A stretch of 64,000 nt of DNA from Macrostomum lignano (taxonomy: Eukaryota). How positions within the stretch are numbered: position 1 is the stretch's first letter; every line of letters begins with the position of its first letter. The translations under genes were made by a program, and so were the position numbers. Of the stretch, positions 25,646 to 38,380 are shown piece by piece. The stretch lies in the NCBI GenBank assembly GCA_002269645.1, contig NIVC01002708.1, positions 1 to 64,000 on the forward strand. The letters run 5' to 3'. The notes under the pieces were generated by a model. It searched no databases, was not told the origin of the DNA, and saw only the letters and a program-made list of their open reading frames with translations.

Positions 25646-26268
25646 TAGAGCAGGAAACCAAAGGATTGCCAATATAATAAAATATGCTTAGGCTTAGGCC
25701 TATCAATTCCTTTATTAGCATGATCATGACTAGGACTCAGCCCCTAGACCTACTGTTTTAAGAAAGGAAAGGCCTTTGAACTTTATAATATTATGCATAT
25801 TCATTATTCATTCAAGTTAGGCCTATTAATTAGGCCCTAGTAAAATAATTCTATAGTAGGGCCGAGGGGCCTACAACTACAACTACAATACTATACTATA
25901 TATTGTAGATTATCCTATTAGTTGATTTGATTACCAAATATAGTAAATAGCCTAATTTATTTGTCTAGAGTCTAATATTATATAAATATCACTATAAACT
26001 ACACTAGGCCTATAGTCTAAGATAAACCATACGCAACTTAATTAATTATTGTCATGTGTCATGACTCATGTGTGGGTTTCCTGGCAGACATCCAGACAGA
26101 CATTCAACATGTTCAAAAAGATTGCCTGTAAATTAAAAAAATAGATGCAAGAAACGTATAACCGTTTTCAAGATATCGTTTTCACTGTCTGGAATATAAC
26201 TTATAAGTAAGCCAACATATAAGTAAAGTATCGAATGATTCGAATCGATCGATTGCACATTTTAAACT

Positions 26269-26304
<36 letters not shown>

Positions 26305-28334
26305 AGAATTTGGCTCAGGCAATTAGCCTGTTTGGCCAATATATTATACGGCATTGTATTTGGAAAAATTTTCGAAATAGAAGTGTTTATGTAGTATGTA
26401 TACAATACATACATACGATTCGACGAAGTATTGTAAAATATAAAGTATTTGAAAGAGCGCCAGAATTTTTACGGTATTTTTGGACGAAAAGTGACGTCCG
26501 ACTAACAACGAAACGAACAATTTAAAGTATTTAAATAAAAGAATTATAATATGGATATGAATATGAGTTTAAATATGAGTACAAAAATGGGTTCGAATAA
26601 CGAGGTATTGCTTTGATTACGAGATTGCGAGATAAGGTAAGTAAGATAAGTCAATTGCCAGTTTTTAATTAAAAATCAAATTCACACCAAAATAAATGTT
26701 GACGGACAGAACGTAAAATAGTTGTATTGTTAGAGTAGTGAGGGACCAACATAATAATAATATCATCCAGGCTGAATAAATCCAGTCACTTAACTCTATG
26801 GTGAACCTTCACTATTCGGCACAGGGGTTAACAGACGTTTCTGTAACGGGTCACTTTGGAGAAGTAGCTCCATATAGTGGATTGCAATGAGAGAGATTCT
26901 TCGCAAGAGATTCTTGAAGTAGTATTGATTCGCTTCAATTTAACCTCGTAATCTCGTGACATCGCTCAGAATATTAATGTATTGCAGTAAAATAGACTGT
27001 TAGCCTTAAATCTCGTCATAATCGAATTCTGACGACGCCTAGAAGTTTCAACCGTCAGTACACGGACTAAAGTAAAGGTGTCTTTGAACACGCGTACTTG
27101 TAAATGTAATCATGCGAGTAATAATAAACTGCTTGGATTTCTTAAACTATCCAAGCACTCAAAGCCTGGCGCGGTAACTGTTTATGGTTGTCCTAAGCAG
27201 GGAAGTGAAAGCACGACAGACTGCTGTTAATACATGCACATTGTACACGAGAGCATCGATTGTGGGGAACGAAGCGTATGTATAAAGCTAATTGGATCAT
27301 TAGATTTGCCCCCCCACCTGCCTCGCTTGACTGGAAAATTTAGACCCTTATGCAAAAATCGAATACGAACGTCATTGTGTTGTGTATTCAAACTGTAAGT
27401 GATCGATCGAACGATTATGGCGGTGTATATAGCAAACGATACTCAGCGACACTACACTTTACGGAACTATTGCAACCGCGAACTAGATCAGAAAAGTTTA
27501 TCAATGCAACTAGGGCTCTTTTAATGTGCTTAGGGACGAATTCTCGCAGCTGTTTTTGGGGGGTGGTTAGCTCACATGATAATGATTAAGAGGGCGGGTA
27601 CATCTAAATTTGAATGTGTACATACAGTCAAGCGTTGATAATGCCAACCGCGCATGCACCCCTGCTAAGTGATACGAAGAATTTCTAGTATTTTCGTGCC
27701 CTGCTCATTCGACTAAATGTAGTAGCCTTTAGTAGGGTCTAGTCTGTTGCGTCTTGCGTGCGCCACGTGGCTAAAATAAATCACTTCTACACGACTACAC
27801 AACATGTGCATGTACATGTAGGTGTGAAACTTAGCTCGATGTACATGTACATTACTCTTTTCTTACTTCTGGGAGTTTCTCTACAATGTGTTTTTGGCTT
27901 TGCGTAATTTATATTACTATTACATTATTTCAGAAACTAGCATGAAACAAACAAGCGAAATAAACAAGCGAACGACACTATACATGTCAGTGTAAATACA
28001 CCAAAGCATTAAGGGTTGCAATTGATAGCTTTACTTGAAGTATATAGTATATGTATAAATAATAAGTATTAACAATTAAAAGTTACAGGCTACAGATGGG
28101 GAGCGCCATTTCAAACAAAAAAAACAAACTTCAAGACCATAATTTGTGAATTAGCAAATGAAAGAACGGAGGAAAGCCAATGAAGAGAAATTAGTTTACT
28201 GTTACATTGTCTGCTAACGCGAAGGGATTGGTGCACGTTCCACAATCTAAATAACCTGGGAACACTTGTATTTTGTTGAAGATTATTGGCAAAAGAAGGC
28301 TTTGCTTCGAGTTGTTAATGCTTGCTTAACTTAC

Positions 28335-28467
28335 AAGTCAAAAAGCAAACAGGGAGCTCAGATTTCGGCTCCGCTGGTCCACAGGGGGCCTCCGGGCAAC
28401 CGAAGACTACGGGATGGGGAATTAAAGATTTTTTGCAGTCTTCGCACAGGCGCGGCATGGCCGACTT
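28335..28467 (-). CDS. Candidate short coding exon MPRLCEDCKKSLIPHPVVFGCPEAPCGPAEPKSELPVCFLT
   Basis: Branch-like gctaat, pyrimidine tract and AG at 28468, ATG at 28458, and a perfect GTAAGT donor at 28334. Locally GC-rich in an AT-rich background. Confidence 0.35.
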
Positions 28468-29219
28468 CTGGGAAGGCACACGAATTAGCAAAGCTTGGAT
28501 ATAATTAAGTAGCTAAGCTGGCGCACACTTACAACTTTGACAATTTAAGGTGCGGGGTACATACAAGCTTAGCAATGGACAGGCAGCTCAGCGTTACTGT
28601 TAGTAGTAGATTATATATTAACGCTATGCTTTGTTAGTCATGCATTACATACTCATACGATTATAGATATAGCGGGCTTAAAACAATCATTTTCTATTCT
28701 ACAAAAAAACTTGATAAATTTACAAGCACAAGTAAACGTACGGCTGGGATATAATTGATTTAGCTCCGGTACAAAAGGAAATTTTGCAATTAATGCCAGG
28801 TTGAGCTTAGATACGAGTATAGAACCAACAGGCTAAAAGAACATGAAACTCAAATCTCGCACGCTGTTTACCGAGCTATTCAAATAGCTGAAGGAAAATC
28901 AACTTTATCGATAGGCACACTTACAGACACAAGTACAAGTAAACCTGAAAATATGCATCAACTAAAGAACAAACGTTTAGGAGGGGCTCTAGTAACAAAA
29001 TTAAAGGGTAGAACATCGTTTCCGAAGTATGATTGATATAAGTTGAGCCGCATGAAGGCAAACAGACAGGCAGACAGACAGACAAACGGAGGGACAGACA
29101 GTTGGTCTTGCTAGCTAATAATTAGAGCAAAACAAATCATTTAATTAGAAGACTTACATTACAGAATCATTTCGCGCATTTGATATGATCATTGAGAATA
29201 GCTTCATACGAGATTAAGG

Positions 29220-29782
29220 TAGGGGATAAGCGCTGCCGTCTCTATGGAAACCAAGCGTATCAGAGACACTTGGATAAGCGCTGCTGTCTCTATGGAAACC
29301 AAGCGTATCAGAGACACTTGGATAAGCGCTGCCGTCTCTATGGAAACCAAGCGTATCAGAGACACTTGGATAAGCGCTGTTGTCTCTATGGAAACCAAGC
29401 GTATCAGAGACACTTGGATAAGCGCTGCTGTCTCTATGGAAACCAAGCGTATCAGAGACACTTGGATAAGCGCTGCTGTCTCTATGGAAACCAAGCGTAT
29501 CAGAGACACTTGGATAAGCGCTGCTGTCTCTATGGAAACCAAGCGTATCAGAGACACTTGGATAAGCGCTGCTGTCTCTATGGAAACCAAGCGTATCAGA
29601 GACACTTGGATAAGCGCTGCTGTCTCTATGGAAACCAAGCGTATCAGAGACACTTGGATAAGCGCTGCTGTCTCTATGGAAACCAAGCGTATCAGAGACA
29701 CTTGGATAAGCGCTGCTGTCTCTATGGAAACCAAGCGTATCAGAGACACTTGGATAAGCGCTGCCGTCTCTATGGAAACCAT
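29220..29782. repeat. Minisatellite, 48-bp unit (ggataagcgctgctgtctctatggaaaccaagcgtatcagagacactt), about 12 near-identical copies
   Basis: Direct tandem array with no spacers. Confidence 0.97.
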
Positions 29783-30637
29783 CATTTAAACAAAAATGAA
29801 TCATGGATTTTAACTTTCCTAATGTCGAACTAAAATAGTTGTTCTACAGGCAAAGACAAACAATACGCTTCCCAAATAAGTGCATATGAGAAGCGACGCT
29901 ATAGAAAATGACGCGAAGATAGAAAATGAAAGAATCTTAATTAGCAGAACCCTAGAAAACAAGAATACGATTCGGAATTATTATTAGGAAAACTGTATTA
30001 GCACAACGCTGTACAGGTAATGATAAACTGTATGGGGTGAATTTCAGTTAAGTTCCAGTGCAGTTTAAGAAAAAGTACACAGAAAGCACTCGCTCTTCTT
30101 AAGTTAAATTAAACAATAATTTTTTAAGTTAGTAATACGCACAAGAATATTTGATTTGCAAACGACACATTGCCACGAAATTTGGCCAGCGCGTGTCATT
30201 AATACAGAATAATTAAATAACAGTATTAAATAAACTATACCAATAATTTAGATAAGCGAAAGGGAAAAACACAATAAATTTAAGCAATGCATTAAAGTCA
30301 AATTTTTTATCCACTCGATTACTTGATAAGCAAAAGTGTTGCAAGGCTGGAATAAGCGCAACAGTATATGGTGCAATAATAATATTAATAATCCGCAGTA
30401 TACGTAGAGTACAGGTTAGAAAACTTAATAATTAAATGAATCAATTAAAAGGGACAACGAAAAAATGGCCTTCTTTTCTTAGAAAAATAAACTGTGGTGA
30501 AGAATTAAGCTACTACATATGGATAAATATATATTATACTCGCGGGTCTGATCGCAAGGCAGAGAAGAATTCGCGGTGTCGTTTTTTACAGTTCCTAAAT
30601 TTGGTGTAGCCTGGGACAGCCTGTTTGTTTATTTAGA

Positions 30638-31050
30638 GCAGGGAGTCCGCAAACTTTTATGACTCAAGGGCCCGATAAAGAATCCAGCTCGCCGCTGCGG
30701 GCCAGGTGAGACAGGGAGGGAGGAAAGGAAACGGAAAGAATATTAAAGATAAGATGAGAGATAAGAGAGGATAGGAAAGGCGAAAGATGAGACGAGAGGT
30801 AAGAGAGGAGAGGAGAGGCGAAAGATGAGATGAGAGATAAGAGAAGAGAGGAGAGGCGAAAGATGAGATGAGAGATAAGAGGCGAAAGATGAGATAAGAG
30901 ATAAGAGGACAGATGAGAAGAGATAAAAAAGACGTGAGAGAAGAGAAGAGACACAAACCCAGAGCGGGCCAGATGCGACGTATCAAAGGACCCGAGGGCC
31001 GAATAGAGAGGCTTCGCTGGCCGCATGTGGCACGGAAGGGGCTCATCAAA
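30638..31050. mobile_element. Probable non-autonomous hAT-like remnant with an internal GA-rich expansion (30715-30955)
   Basis: Starts cagggagtccgcaaacttt and contains gcgggccagatg / ggccgcatgtggc motifs typical of small hAT-derived elements. Confidence 0.4.
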
Positions 31051-31252
31051 GCAACTGTGCAAATCAGATCTTAGATTCAGGTAAATCCACTGCAGTTGAC
31101 ATAAACCCCAATTTTAATCCCCTTCAGAGCCCAACTGGAGAAGGAAGCCAAATAAGGAACTGTTAAAAACGGCCCGCCGTCCCAACAGAAGCAGTAGATG
31201 GGGGGGGGGTCTGGCCGCCAGTCCACAAGGTTAAGCATAATTCCGTATCCTG

Positions 31253-34200
31253 CTAATCGACATCGGCGTCGTCCTCATCGCCGCCGGCTATGAAGTTGCC
31301 ACCAACCGGATTGAACTTGCCGGCCGCGCCTCGCCCGCTTTTGTCATCGTCGTCGTCGTCCCCGCCTCCACCGCCGCCGCCCCCTCCTCCGCCGGCGGCG
31401 CCGCCAGTCTCCGAGCCGTCGTCGTCTTCAGCTAGGAAATCCCAAACTAAAATTGTATCGTCGTGCGACGAAGAGACAATTTGGAATTCGTCGAATTGCA
31501 AGCGGAACACTCGGCCGGTGTGCTCCACTAGGGTGCCGACGCACATAGCCGCAGGCGACGAGCGCGGATCCAATGCCGCCGGCAGGTCCCAGACTTTGAT
31601 TTTGCCGTCGTAGGCGCCGGAGACGATGCGCTTGCTATCGAATCGGATGCAGCGAACCAGCTCTTCGTGGCCTGCGGGTGGCGGCATTGAGCGCGCACAA
31701 TGTAGTCAGATTGTTGAAATTGGCGCGCAAACTTTTTGGTTTATATTAAAAAATTTTCTTGCATGGTAATTAGGTATCATCTGTTGCAGTGCGCTTATCC
31801 CAAGATTGATTAGATAGTGTCTGCGCGTTTATCCCTATATTGATTAGAAAGGATCTGCGCGCTTATCCCCATATTGATTAGATAGTATCTGCGCGCTTAT
31901 CCCTATATTGATTAGATAGTATCTGCGCGCTTATCCCCATATTGATTAGATAGTATCTGCGCGCTTATCCCTATATTGATTAGATAGTATCTGCGCGCTT
32001 ATCCCTATATTGATTAGATAGTATCTGCGCGCTTATCCCTATATTGATTAGATAGTATCTGCGCGCTTATCCCTATATTGATTAGAAAGGATCTGCGCGC
32101 TTATCCCCATATTGATTAGATAGTATCTGCGCGCTTATCCCTATATTGATCAGATAGTATCTGCGCGCTTATCCCTATATTAATTAGATAGTATCTGCGC
32201 GCTTATCCCCATATTGATTAGATAGTATCTGCGCGATTATCCCTATATTGATCAGGTAATATCTGCGCGCTTATCTACATATTGATTTGATAAAACCTGC
32301 GCTTACTTTCATTCCCATTGCATAAGGAACTGAGCTTCAATGGAATTGCAATTCCTTACCTTCCAGCACGCGCAGACAGCTGCCAGTCTCGATGTCCCAC
32401 AGCCGTATTGAGTTGTCGGACGAGCCGCTGACCACTAGACGGTCGCGATATTGCAGACAGGCGATGCCGCGCTTGTGACCGCTCAGGGTGCGCACAAATT
32501 CGCAGCTGGTTGTGTGCCACACCTTCAATTGAGTCGGCAAAGGAATACTCAGGTTGTATCGCGAAATGAGACCGGATGCAATATCTGCTTCACCCTGAAG
32601 CTTCAGTGTCCTCCCCAAAACTTCAGTGTCTTCTCCAAAACTTCAGTGTCTTCCCCAAAACTTCAGAGTCTTCCCCAAAACTTCAGTGTCTTCTCCAAAA
32701 CTTCAGAGTCTTCCCCAAAACTTCAGAGTCTTCCCCAAAACTTCAGTGTCTTCTCAAAAACTTCAGAGTCTTCCCCAAAACTTCAGAGTCTTCCCCAAAA
32801 CTTTAGAGTCTTCTCCAAAACTTCAGAGTCTTCCCCAAAACTTCAGAGTCTTCCCCAAAAGTTCTGTGTCCTCCTCAAAACTTCAGAGTCTTCCCCAAAA
32901 CTTCAGTGTCTTCTATAAAAACTTTAGAGTCTTCTCCAAAACTTCAGAGTCTTCCCCAAAACTTCAGAGTCTTCCCCAAAAGTTCTGTGTCCTCCTCAAA
33001 ACTTCAGTGTCTTCTCCAAAACTTCAGTGTCCTCCTCAAAACTTCAGTGTCTTCTCCAAAACTTCAGTGTCCTCCTCAAAACTTCAGTGTCCTTCTCTAA
33101 AACTTAACTTCTATGTTATTATAATCCTAAAACTTGAATTGCTATTATTATTATTATTATTATCCGCTCAACTAAAATGCCACTGACAAACTACTAGCCC
33201 CGCATAGCAGCAGCAGTAGTATATAAAAGCGAGCAAACCTTGATAGTTCGGTCGCCAGACGCAGACACAATATAGCGCTGGTCAAAATCTACAACGTTAA
33301 CAGCGGCCCGATGGCCAACTAACACACGGCGAAGAGTGATTTCTTTAGGCGAGACCATGTCCCACACGGCGATGGATCTGTCTTTAGAGCACGTGACCAT
33401 GAGACCCTCGGCGAAGCGCAGGTGCAGTACGGCCTCGCAGTGATGGTACAGAGTGTTTAAAGCTTCGCCGGAGTGCACGTCCCAGACGCGGACTGTGCTG
33501 TCCGATGAGCCGCTAATGATGATGTTTTCATCGTATTGAAGGCAGAGCACTGAGCCGGAATGCCCGGTGAGCACCTTGGGGATTAGGAGGGATTTAGATA
33601 TGGTTGAAAGCAGCTTGCCTAGCTAAGGCGATTTTACTTGATTTTTTAGTTGTAAATCAAGTTTACAAATCTGGAATTCTTATAGCAGATTCTCAAATCT
33701 CTACAGTTTATAGCAGATTCTCAAGTCTGTACAGTTTATAGCAGATTCTCAAGTCTGTAAAGTTTATAGCAGATTCTCAAATCTGTACAGTTTATAGCAG
33801 ATTCTCAAGTCTGTAAAGTTTATAGCAGATTCTCAAATCTGTACAGTTTATAGCAGATTCTCAAGTCTGTAAAGTTTATAGCAGATTCTCAAATCTCTAC
33901 AGTTTATAGCAGATTCTCAAGTCTGTAAAGTTTATAGCAGATTCTCAAATCTGTACAGTTTATAGCAGATTCTCAAGTCTGTAAAGTTTATAGCAGATTC
34001 TCAAATCTGTACAGTTTATAGCAGATTCTCAAGTCTGTAAAGTTTATAGCAGATTCTCAAATCTCTACAGTTTATAGCAGATTCTCAAGTCTGTAAAGTT
34101 TATAGCAGATTCTCAAATCTGTACAGTTTATAGCAGATTCTCAAGTCTGTAAAGTTTATAGCAGATTCTCAAATCTGTACAGTTTATAGCAGATTCTCAA

Positions 34201-36162
34201 GTCTGTAAAGTTTATAGCAGATTCTCAAATCTGTAAAGTTTATAGCAGATTCTCAAGTCTGTAAAGTTTATAGCAGATTCTCAAATCTCTACAGTTTATA
34301 GCAGATTCTCAAGTCTGTAAAGTTTATAGCAGATTCTCAAATCTGTACAGTTTATAGCAGATTCTCAAGTCTGTAAAGTTTATAGCAGATTCTCAAATCT
34401 GTACAGTTTATAGCAGATTCTCAAGTCTGTAAAGTTTATAGCAGATTCTCAAATCTCTACAGTTTATAGCAGATTCTCAAGTCTGTAAAGTTTATAGCAG
34501 ATTCTCAAATCTGTACAGTTTATAGCAGATTCTCAAGTCTGTAAAGTTTATAGCAGATTCTCAAATCTGTACAGTTTATAGCAGATTCTCAAGTCTGTAA
34601 AGTTTATAGCAGATTCTCAAATCTGTACAGTTTATAGCAGATTCTCAAGTCTGTAAAGTTTATAGCAGATTCTCAAATCTCTACAGTTTATAGCAGATTC
34701 TCAAGTCTGTACAGTTTATAGCAGATTCTCAAGTCTGTACAGTTTATAGCAGATTCTCAAGTCTGTAAAGTTTATAGCAGATTCTCAAATCTCTACAGTT
34801 TATAGCAGATTCTCAAGTCTGTACAGTTTATAGCAGATTCTCAAATCTCTACAGTTTATAGCAGATTCTCAAGTCTGTAAAGTTTATAGCAGATTCTCAA
34901 ATCTGTACAGTTTATAGCAGATTCTCAAGTCTGTAAAGTTTATAGCAGATTCTCAAATCTGTACAGTTTATAGCAGATTCTCAAGTCTGTAAAGTTTATA
35001 GCAGATTCTCAAATCTGTACAGTTTATAGCAGATTCTCAAGTCTGTAAAGTTTATAGCAGATTCTCAAATCTGTACAGTTTATAGCAGATTCTCAAGTCT
35101 GTACAGTTTATAGCAGATTCTCAAATCTGTACAGTTTATAGCAGATTCTCAAGTCTGTACAGTTTATAGCAGATTCTCAAATCTGTACAGTTTATAGCAG
35201 ATTCTCAAGTCTGTACAGTTTATAGCAGATTCTCAAATCTGTACAGTTTATAGCAGATTCTCAAGTCTGTAAAGTTTATAGCAGATTCTCAAATCTGTAC
35301 AGTTTATAGCAGATTCTCAAGTCTGTAAAGTTTATAGCAGATTCTCAAATCTGTACAGTTTATAGCAGATTCTCAAGTCTGTAAAGTTTATAGCAGATTC
35401 TCAAATCTGAACAGTTTATAGCAGATTCTCAAGTCTGTACAGTTTATAGCAGATTCTCAAATCTGTACAGTTTAAAGCAGATTCTCAAAACTTCAGCAGC
35501 ATAACTAACCATTATAAAATACTCACCTTGATGCACTGAAAGGTCCTCCGATCCCAAACCTTGATAGTATTGTCCCGCAAGCCGCTGACAATCTTGTCCT
35601 CGTCGTACTGCAAGCAATACACACCCTTGGACGCTTCGCTCTGGCACTGGATTTTGTGCAGCCTATACTTGCCGCTGCGCCAGTTGTTCTCAATGCGCTC
35701 AATATCCTGCAGTATTCTGGGATACAACTGCCTATAATAGGCATTATCTTTTGGTTGGCAGCCCCGCTGCGGCCTAAACAGATCCTGTAGCCAGCCTTTG
35801 CGCTCGGCTAAGCCGCGCCAGAGATTGTCGGAGCGGACCTGAAGTTCGATCAACTTCTTCCATAGCAGGCCGTCGGCAACAACCCGGCGCCATTCGCGGC
35901 AAACCAATTCGGCAGATTTGAGCGATTCGGCGTCTAAATAAGCGAGTATCTTCTCGGCCAGGTGGTCCAGGCCTCTAGCTGGCAGGGCGCTGATAAAGTC
36001 CCGCTGCAGCATGGGAGCCAGGAAGGCTTGCACCCTGCCGTGCTGATAATGCGTCATCTGCTGCAGCAGCGACTCTACAAAGTGCGTCTGCTCCTCCTCC
36101 GACCAGGAGCTGAAACGCTGGGCGCAGCCGCTGCATTCGTCAATGTAGCGCTGTGACAGCTC
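31253..36162 (-). CDS. BTRC: Beta-TrCP / Slimb F-box and WD40 protein; exons 36162-35527, 33574-33239, 32522-32360, 31671-31253 (5' start not found)
   Basis: D-domain [24 protein letters not shown]-box [32 protein letters not shown], and seven WD40 repeats nearly identical to beta-TrCP ([78 protein letters not shown]). Intron phases are consistent (0, 0, 1). Confidence 0.97.
31790..32295. repeat. Intronic minisatellite, 34-bp unit (tgcgcgcttatccctatattgattagatagtatc)
   Basis: About 14 copies. Confidence 0.96.
32595..33095. repeat. Intronic minisatellite, 20-21-bp unit (aaaacttcagagtcttcccc)
   Basis: About 24 copies. Confidence 0.95.
33678..35490. repeat. Intronic minisatellite, 28-bp unit (tttatagcagattctcaagtctgtaaag) with a 56-bp higher-order alternation
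   Basis: About 64 copies filling nearly the whole intron. Confidence 0.97.
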
Positions 36163-38380
36163 CTGGGGGTTGTGGCAGAAATTATTATTTTCTACTTTTG
36201 ATAACTTTAGTATTGAAAGCATTTTTATTACCAATCTTTCATAGTTTCATTTCAATTCCTATGCAATTGCATCTTTAAGGGGAGTTTACACATATTTCAG
36301 ATTTATTCTAGAAGGGATTATAGAAAAACATCATTTTTAAGGAAAATATTTGGCAATGATAATTTTTGCTAGTGAATTAGCATTCTAGCAACAAATTGAC
36401 TTCTTAAATATAATAGAAAGTGTAAGCTTATACACATATAGTCATGGGTAATATAATTCTCAACAGCTAAATTCAAATAGTAGCTAAAAACAGATTTATA
36501 GACACCCATTTTATTTCAATGTGACCCTTGGCTATAAGTAGGCTTTTAGTTTTAGAGTCAAAAATGCATATCACTAGCCATTTTTTCATTTTGTCTATAA
36601 TTTTGGGCTAATACTTCAGTTCAGTTGTCTTTATTTATAATTTTAATATATTAAAAAGTAACTAAAACTAAAACATTTAATATTTTAAAAATATATAGAG
36701 ACTTTACTAAGGGTCCCTTGACCTATACAAATTGTTTTATTGAACTTTTGTTTACTGATAAGTGAGCAAATAGGAAAAAATATTTTGTCAAATATAAATA
36801 GAATACAAATACAAATAGTTAATTTTAACTTGGTTCAAATCTCTATAGTCTTAGTTATTTAAAGCAGTGACTCGAAACAAGTGAGGAGTTCAAAGCAGTA
36901 CTTGCCAAATAAAGCAGAATTGTAAAGTGAACCTGTTTTAAGTAGCAAAAACGGCATTTTGCCAGTTGAATAAGCAAAATTATTTATTTAAAAATTCTTT
37001 AAAATTATAATTAACTTTATTCAATGATTATTGAATAAAGTGTTCTGCAAAAGAAAAAGGGATAGATTGCCTAGTGTCATATAAAAGGGAAGGAGATACC
37101 CAAAAATAAGAACATTTAGACAGATTAAGAATGATGCAGTACTAAGGTAAGTTGTAATAGACTGTAATTCCATGAAGGAAGTCAGAAAACCCCTTAATTA
37201 TTAGTAATGTCATTTTGAAATTTGTAGTTAGTAATCAACAATGTCTTGCCACTTAGGCACTGAAACTACCAAGGGTAAATTATACTGACAATAACCTATA
37301 GTCCATACTCCCAAAGATGCTATTTTTGGGAAATTCTTGAATGCAACAAGGTCCTAAGGAGTCTAGTGCCATGTGCATAGCATACATTAAGGAGTTGACA
37401 AAGTTTTTTTGGCATGCTCCTTGCAGCAATGCATGCTAAAAAAATTTTAGATATCACCATTGTCAGAGTCATGCACTATGCCATACAAAAATTTCTTGGG
37501 TCTTAAAACATGATGTGATATTTTTATTTTTTAAGCATTTTATGACAACTTTAAAATAAACATTATTTTTATTGATATAAGATAAAAAAGAATAACTATT
37601 TAGGTCACTACAAAATTTAAGCATTTTTAAAACTGTTGTTTGTTAGCACTCTCATTTCTAAAAGTTTTGAATACTTTTTCTAACATTGATTGGACCTTTC
37701 ATAGCCTGCATATATTATAACTCCCTTTCCTCTCTTTTGGTCTACTGGTCCATTGGTATACACTAGGTAGATTTGATCCAACCCTCTTGCATGCAATGTG
37801 TAGGGTAGAGCCTGACTAGGATCCCAATCCCAATCTTGACTTGGTCGGGACCCAGCTGTTTTTTCAGATTCCTGACTATGTTGGGAGTAAGTGTGTGGAG
37901 TTGGGAAAAGTCAGGCAGGATTATAAAAAGTTTTTTTTATATTTTAAGTATACCCTAAAAATTGTTTAGAAGCAATTTTGAAAGGACTAAATGAGGTAAG
38001 TGTGCCAAATTGATTTGTTTTTTTTAGTTTGAGCCTTTGAGGTTTTCTGATTTCTAGAATATCTTCACTTAAATGAATCAATCAACTTACTCAAACAAAA
38101 AGTAATTGAAAAGCCCGATTTTGTACTAAAAGTAATATTTGATAATCTTTAATTATTAATAATACTAACAAAATGAAAATTATAAAGTTCAGTGCAAAAA
38201 TATGACAATAGTCAAATAGGTTGAGGTTTGAAATTCACTAACTACTAAATTTTCTTTCTACTCAACTGCTCAACAAAACTTGACTTGAATACTCAGCTCA
38301 AACTCCCAAATTTCAATCAAGTACTTGACTTGACCAAAACTTAAGTTTGTCTGGGCTCTACAATCTAATAGTACTAACTT

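Noticed and set aside
29192-29833. 48-bp array as a CRISPR array or repeat protein
   Set aside because: The units are contiguous with no unique spacers, there are no cas genes, the context is eukaryotic, and ORFs are open in several frames on both strands.
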